A stretch of DNA of 47,078 bases from an uncultured Rhodobacterales bacterium (GTDB lineage Bacteria > Pseudomonadota > Alphaproteobacteria > Rhodobacterales > Rhodobacteraceae), in assembly GCA_964594465.1 (NCBI GenBank), contig CAZQMR010000001.1, positions 1-47,078 of the forward strand, given 5' to 3'. This document shows, in pieces, positions 45,722-47,078 of the stretch (the first letter of the stretch is position 1; the number at the start of each line of letters is the position of its first letter). A program made the position numbers and the translations under genes. The notes beneath the pieces were generated by a model. The model was not told the origin of the DNA. It saw only the letters and a list, made by a program, of their open reading frames with translations, and did no database searches.

Positions 45722-47078
45722 ATGGCACCAGACGGTAGAATTCCCCCATTGGAGCGGGACTATCACCCATTGGGCGCGGCTCAGGTGGCGCTCTGGTTTG
45801 ACGCGCAAATGGCAGGCACTGGCGGCTATCGGTTGGGCGGTTGGCTGAAATCTGGCATTTCGCTTGACCCCGAGCAGTTACGCCAATCGCTTCGCGTTTT
45901 GATGGCAAGGCACGATGGCCTTCGCCTGCGCATGGATGTCGACCAGCCACGACAATGGATCGCCGATAGCATTGAGCCACCACTGGAGGTCATTCGTTTG
46001 ACCGGTGACGACCCGGAAGCGCTGTTTCAGGATCAGGTTCAAAAGCTGACGCGCACGCCGATGCCCTTTGGCGATCACCCACTGTTCCTTATCCGTTTGG
46101 TGACGATTAACGACCAGAGCTTTGTGGTCTGGTGTTTTCATCATATCATTGCAGACAGCGCCTCGGTTCAGATCACCATGGGCCATTGGTTCAGTTCGTT
46201 TCAGGCTCAGATCAACCCAGAACAGGCCGCGCTTTCGCCAGTGTCCTCCATCCTGCCCACACTTCAGGAGGATGCAGCATACGCAGCCTCGTCGGGCAAC
46301 ACACGCGACCGGGCCTATTGGGCGGAACGGCTGAAAACCCGGCCCGCGCCACTTTTGGGTGAGTACCGTCCGCGCCGCTCGCCTGATGTGCTTGGCAAAT
46401 CCGTAACCCGCGACATTTCTGGGCAGGACCACGAGGTTTTGGTTCAACTGGCTGAGGATTTGGGTGTTCTGCCCAACCGCCTTCTTTTCGGTGTGATCTC
46501 AGCCGCCCTCGCCCGGCGGTTTGGGACAACGCAGATCATCACTGGCCTTGCCTTGCATGGGCGCAATCATAGCAATTTCCATGTGGTCGGCATGATGGCC
46601 GGGCTTATGCCTGTACTCACGGAGTTCGAGGATTGGTGGTCCATTGGCGATTGTGTCTCCGCGTTCAGCGAACAGATGGACGCGGATCTACTTCATCATC
46701 GCTTGCCGATGGATGCTATTTACCGCGAGCTGGGGATCACCGCGCAATCGGGCGAGGCACTTTTTGACGTCACCCTGTCGTGGATACCGGGCGGTAACCT
46801 GTCGCTTCCGGGCGCGGAATTGTTTGAAACTGGCGTGATCGACTGCCGTGAGGCAAGCCCGATTGCCATTCATGCTACAGAAAATCCCGAAACGGGTGGC
46901 ATCCGCTATCGGCTCTCTGTCAATCCAGACTATCTGGAGCAGGTCGATCCAGACATGCTGGCGGACCATATTGACGCGTCCCTTGCGCTCTATCTTGAAG
47001 ACGAGTTTGCCGATTTCGATGGGCTTCCTGTTCTTTCGTCATTTGAGCTTGGAGTTTTGTCTGGTTTTGGTGGGGGTT
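45722..47078 (+). CDS. Non-ribosomal peptide synthetase, N-terminal condensation (starter-C-like) domain; 3' end truncated by the window edge
   Basis: This open reading frame is not in the supplied track. It runs from ATG 45722 to the window end with no stop (452 codons read by hand). Condensation core motif 'HHIIADSAS' at 46139-46165. It begins 50 nt after the PKS stop. Confidence 0.8.
   Translation, partial: MAPDGRIPPLERDYHPLGAAQVALWFDAQMAGTGGYRLGGWLKSGISLDPEQLRQSLRVLMARHDGLRLRMDVDQPRQWIADSIEPPLEVIRLTGDDPEALFQDQVQKLTRTPMPFGDHPLFLIRLVTINDQSFVVWCFHHIIADSASVQITMGHWFSSFQAQINPEQAALSPVSSILPTLQEDAAYAASSGNTRDRAYWAERLKTRPAPLLGEYRPRRSPDVLGKSVTRDISGQDHEVLVQLAEDLGVLPNRLLFGVISAALARRFGTTQIITGLALHGRNHSNFHVVGMMAGLMPVLTEFEDWWSIGDCVSAFSEQMDADLLHHRLPMDAIYRELGITAQSGEALFDVTLSWIPGGNLSLPGAELFETGVIDCREASPIAIHATENPETGGIRYRLSVNPDYLEQVDPDMLADHIDASLALYLEDEFADFDGLPVLSSFELGVLSGFGGG

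Noticed and set aside
38231-45808. Numerous 60-220-aa ORFs on both strands inside the PKS gene (for example 43164-43820, 44733-45269, 45266-45808)
   Set aside because: All overlap a continuous 2482-aa ORF with unmistakable PKS domains. They are Arg/Pro/Ala-rich shadow ORFs expected at ~65% GC.
45639-46529. Minus-strand ORFs 45639-45983, 45878-46447 and 46212-46529
   Set aside because: They are antisense to the NRPS condensation-domain reading frame, which has a clear HHxxxD motif. No independent coding evidence supports them.
1-47078. Mobile elements, CRISPR arrays, tRNA/rRNA genes, toxin-antitoxin or phage-defence modules
   Set aside because: I saw no transposase, integrase or recombinase-like ORFs, no regularly spaced direct repeats, no cloverleaf-like or rRNA-like non-coding stretches, and no small paired ORFs in the intergenic regions. 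Intergenic space is short and is accounted for by promoters and hairpins.

Overview
Gene-dense 47-kb segment of about 40 genes. I found no rRNA, tRNA, CRISPR, IS element or integrase. The window opens inside a repABC-type replication/partition operon (repA at 11-1186, minus strand). It therefore most likely lies on a plasmid or chromid of a GC-rich, Rhodobacteraceae-like alphaproteobacterium; that is an inference from RepA type and gene content and cannot be verified here. The left three quarters (1.5-35.4 kb) form a carbohydrate/acid-sugar catabolic island made of three parts. (i) A split transketolase, an SDR and a NitT/TauT-family ABC importer. (ii) A multi-operon set: TIM-like and RpiB-like isomerases, transaldolase, a CUT1 ABC operon ending in a form-IV RuBisCO-like protein (RLP), a lone Rossmann oxidoreductase, a second CUT1 ABC operon headed by a ~630-aa orphan protein, a DUF1537 acid-sugar kinase and two paralogous FadR-type GntR regulators. 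Every promoter region in this set carries the same ~15-nt box, A(A/G)CTGGTATAAT(GAG). (iii) An Rbs-type ABC importer plus SDR, divergent from a second split transketolase, an FGGY kinase, a SorC regulator and another SDR. The right quarter holds an AT-rich gene pair (FemAB/CelD-like GNAT-fold protein and a His-box fatty-acid hydroxylase). It is followed by a GC-rich 2482-aa single-module, fully reducing type I PKS (KS-AT-DH-MT-like-ER-KR-ACP, no release domain). Next comes an open-ended ORF absent from the supplied track, which starts with an NRPS condensation domain. The best candidates for undescribed biology are the RLP/DUF1537-kinase/TIM-RpiB regulon with its orphan 630-aa enzyme, and the FAS-like PKS handing off to a starter-C NRPS. 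All functional calls rest on by-eye motif recognition; no database search was possible.
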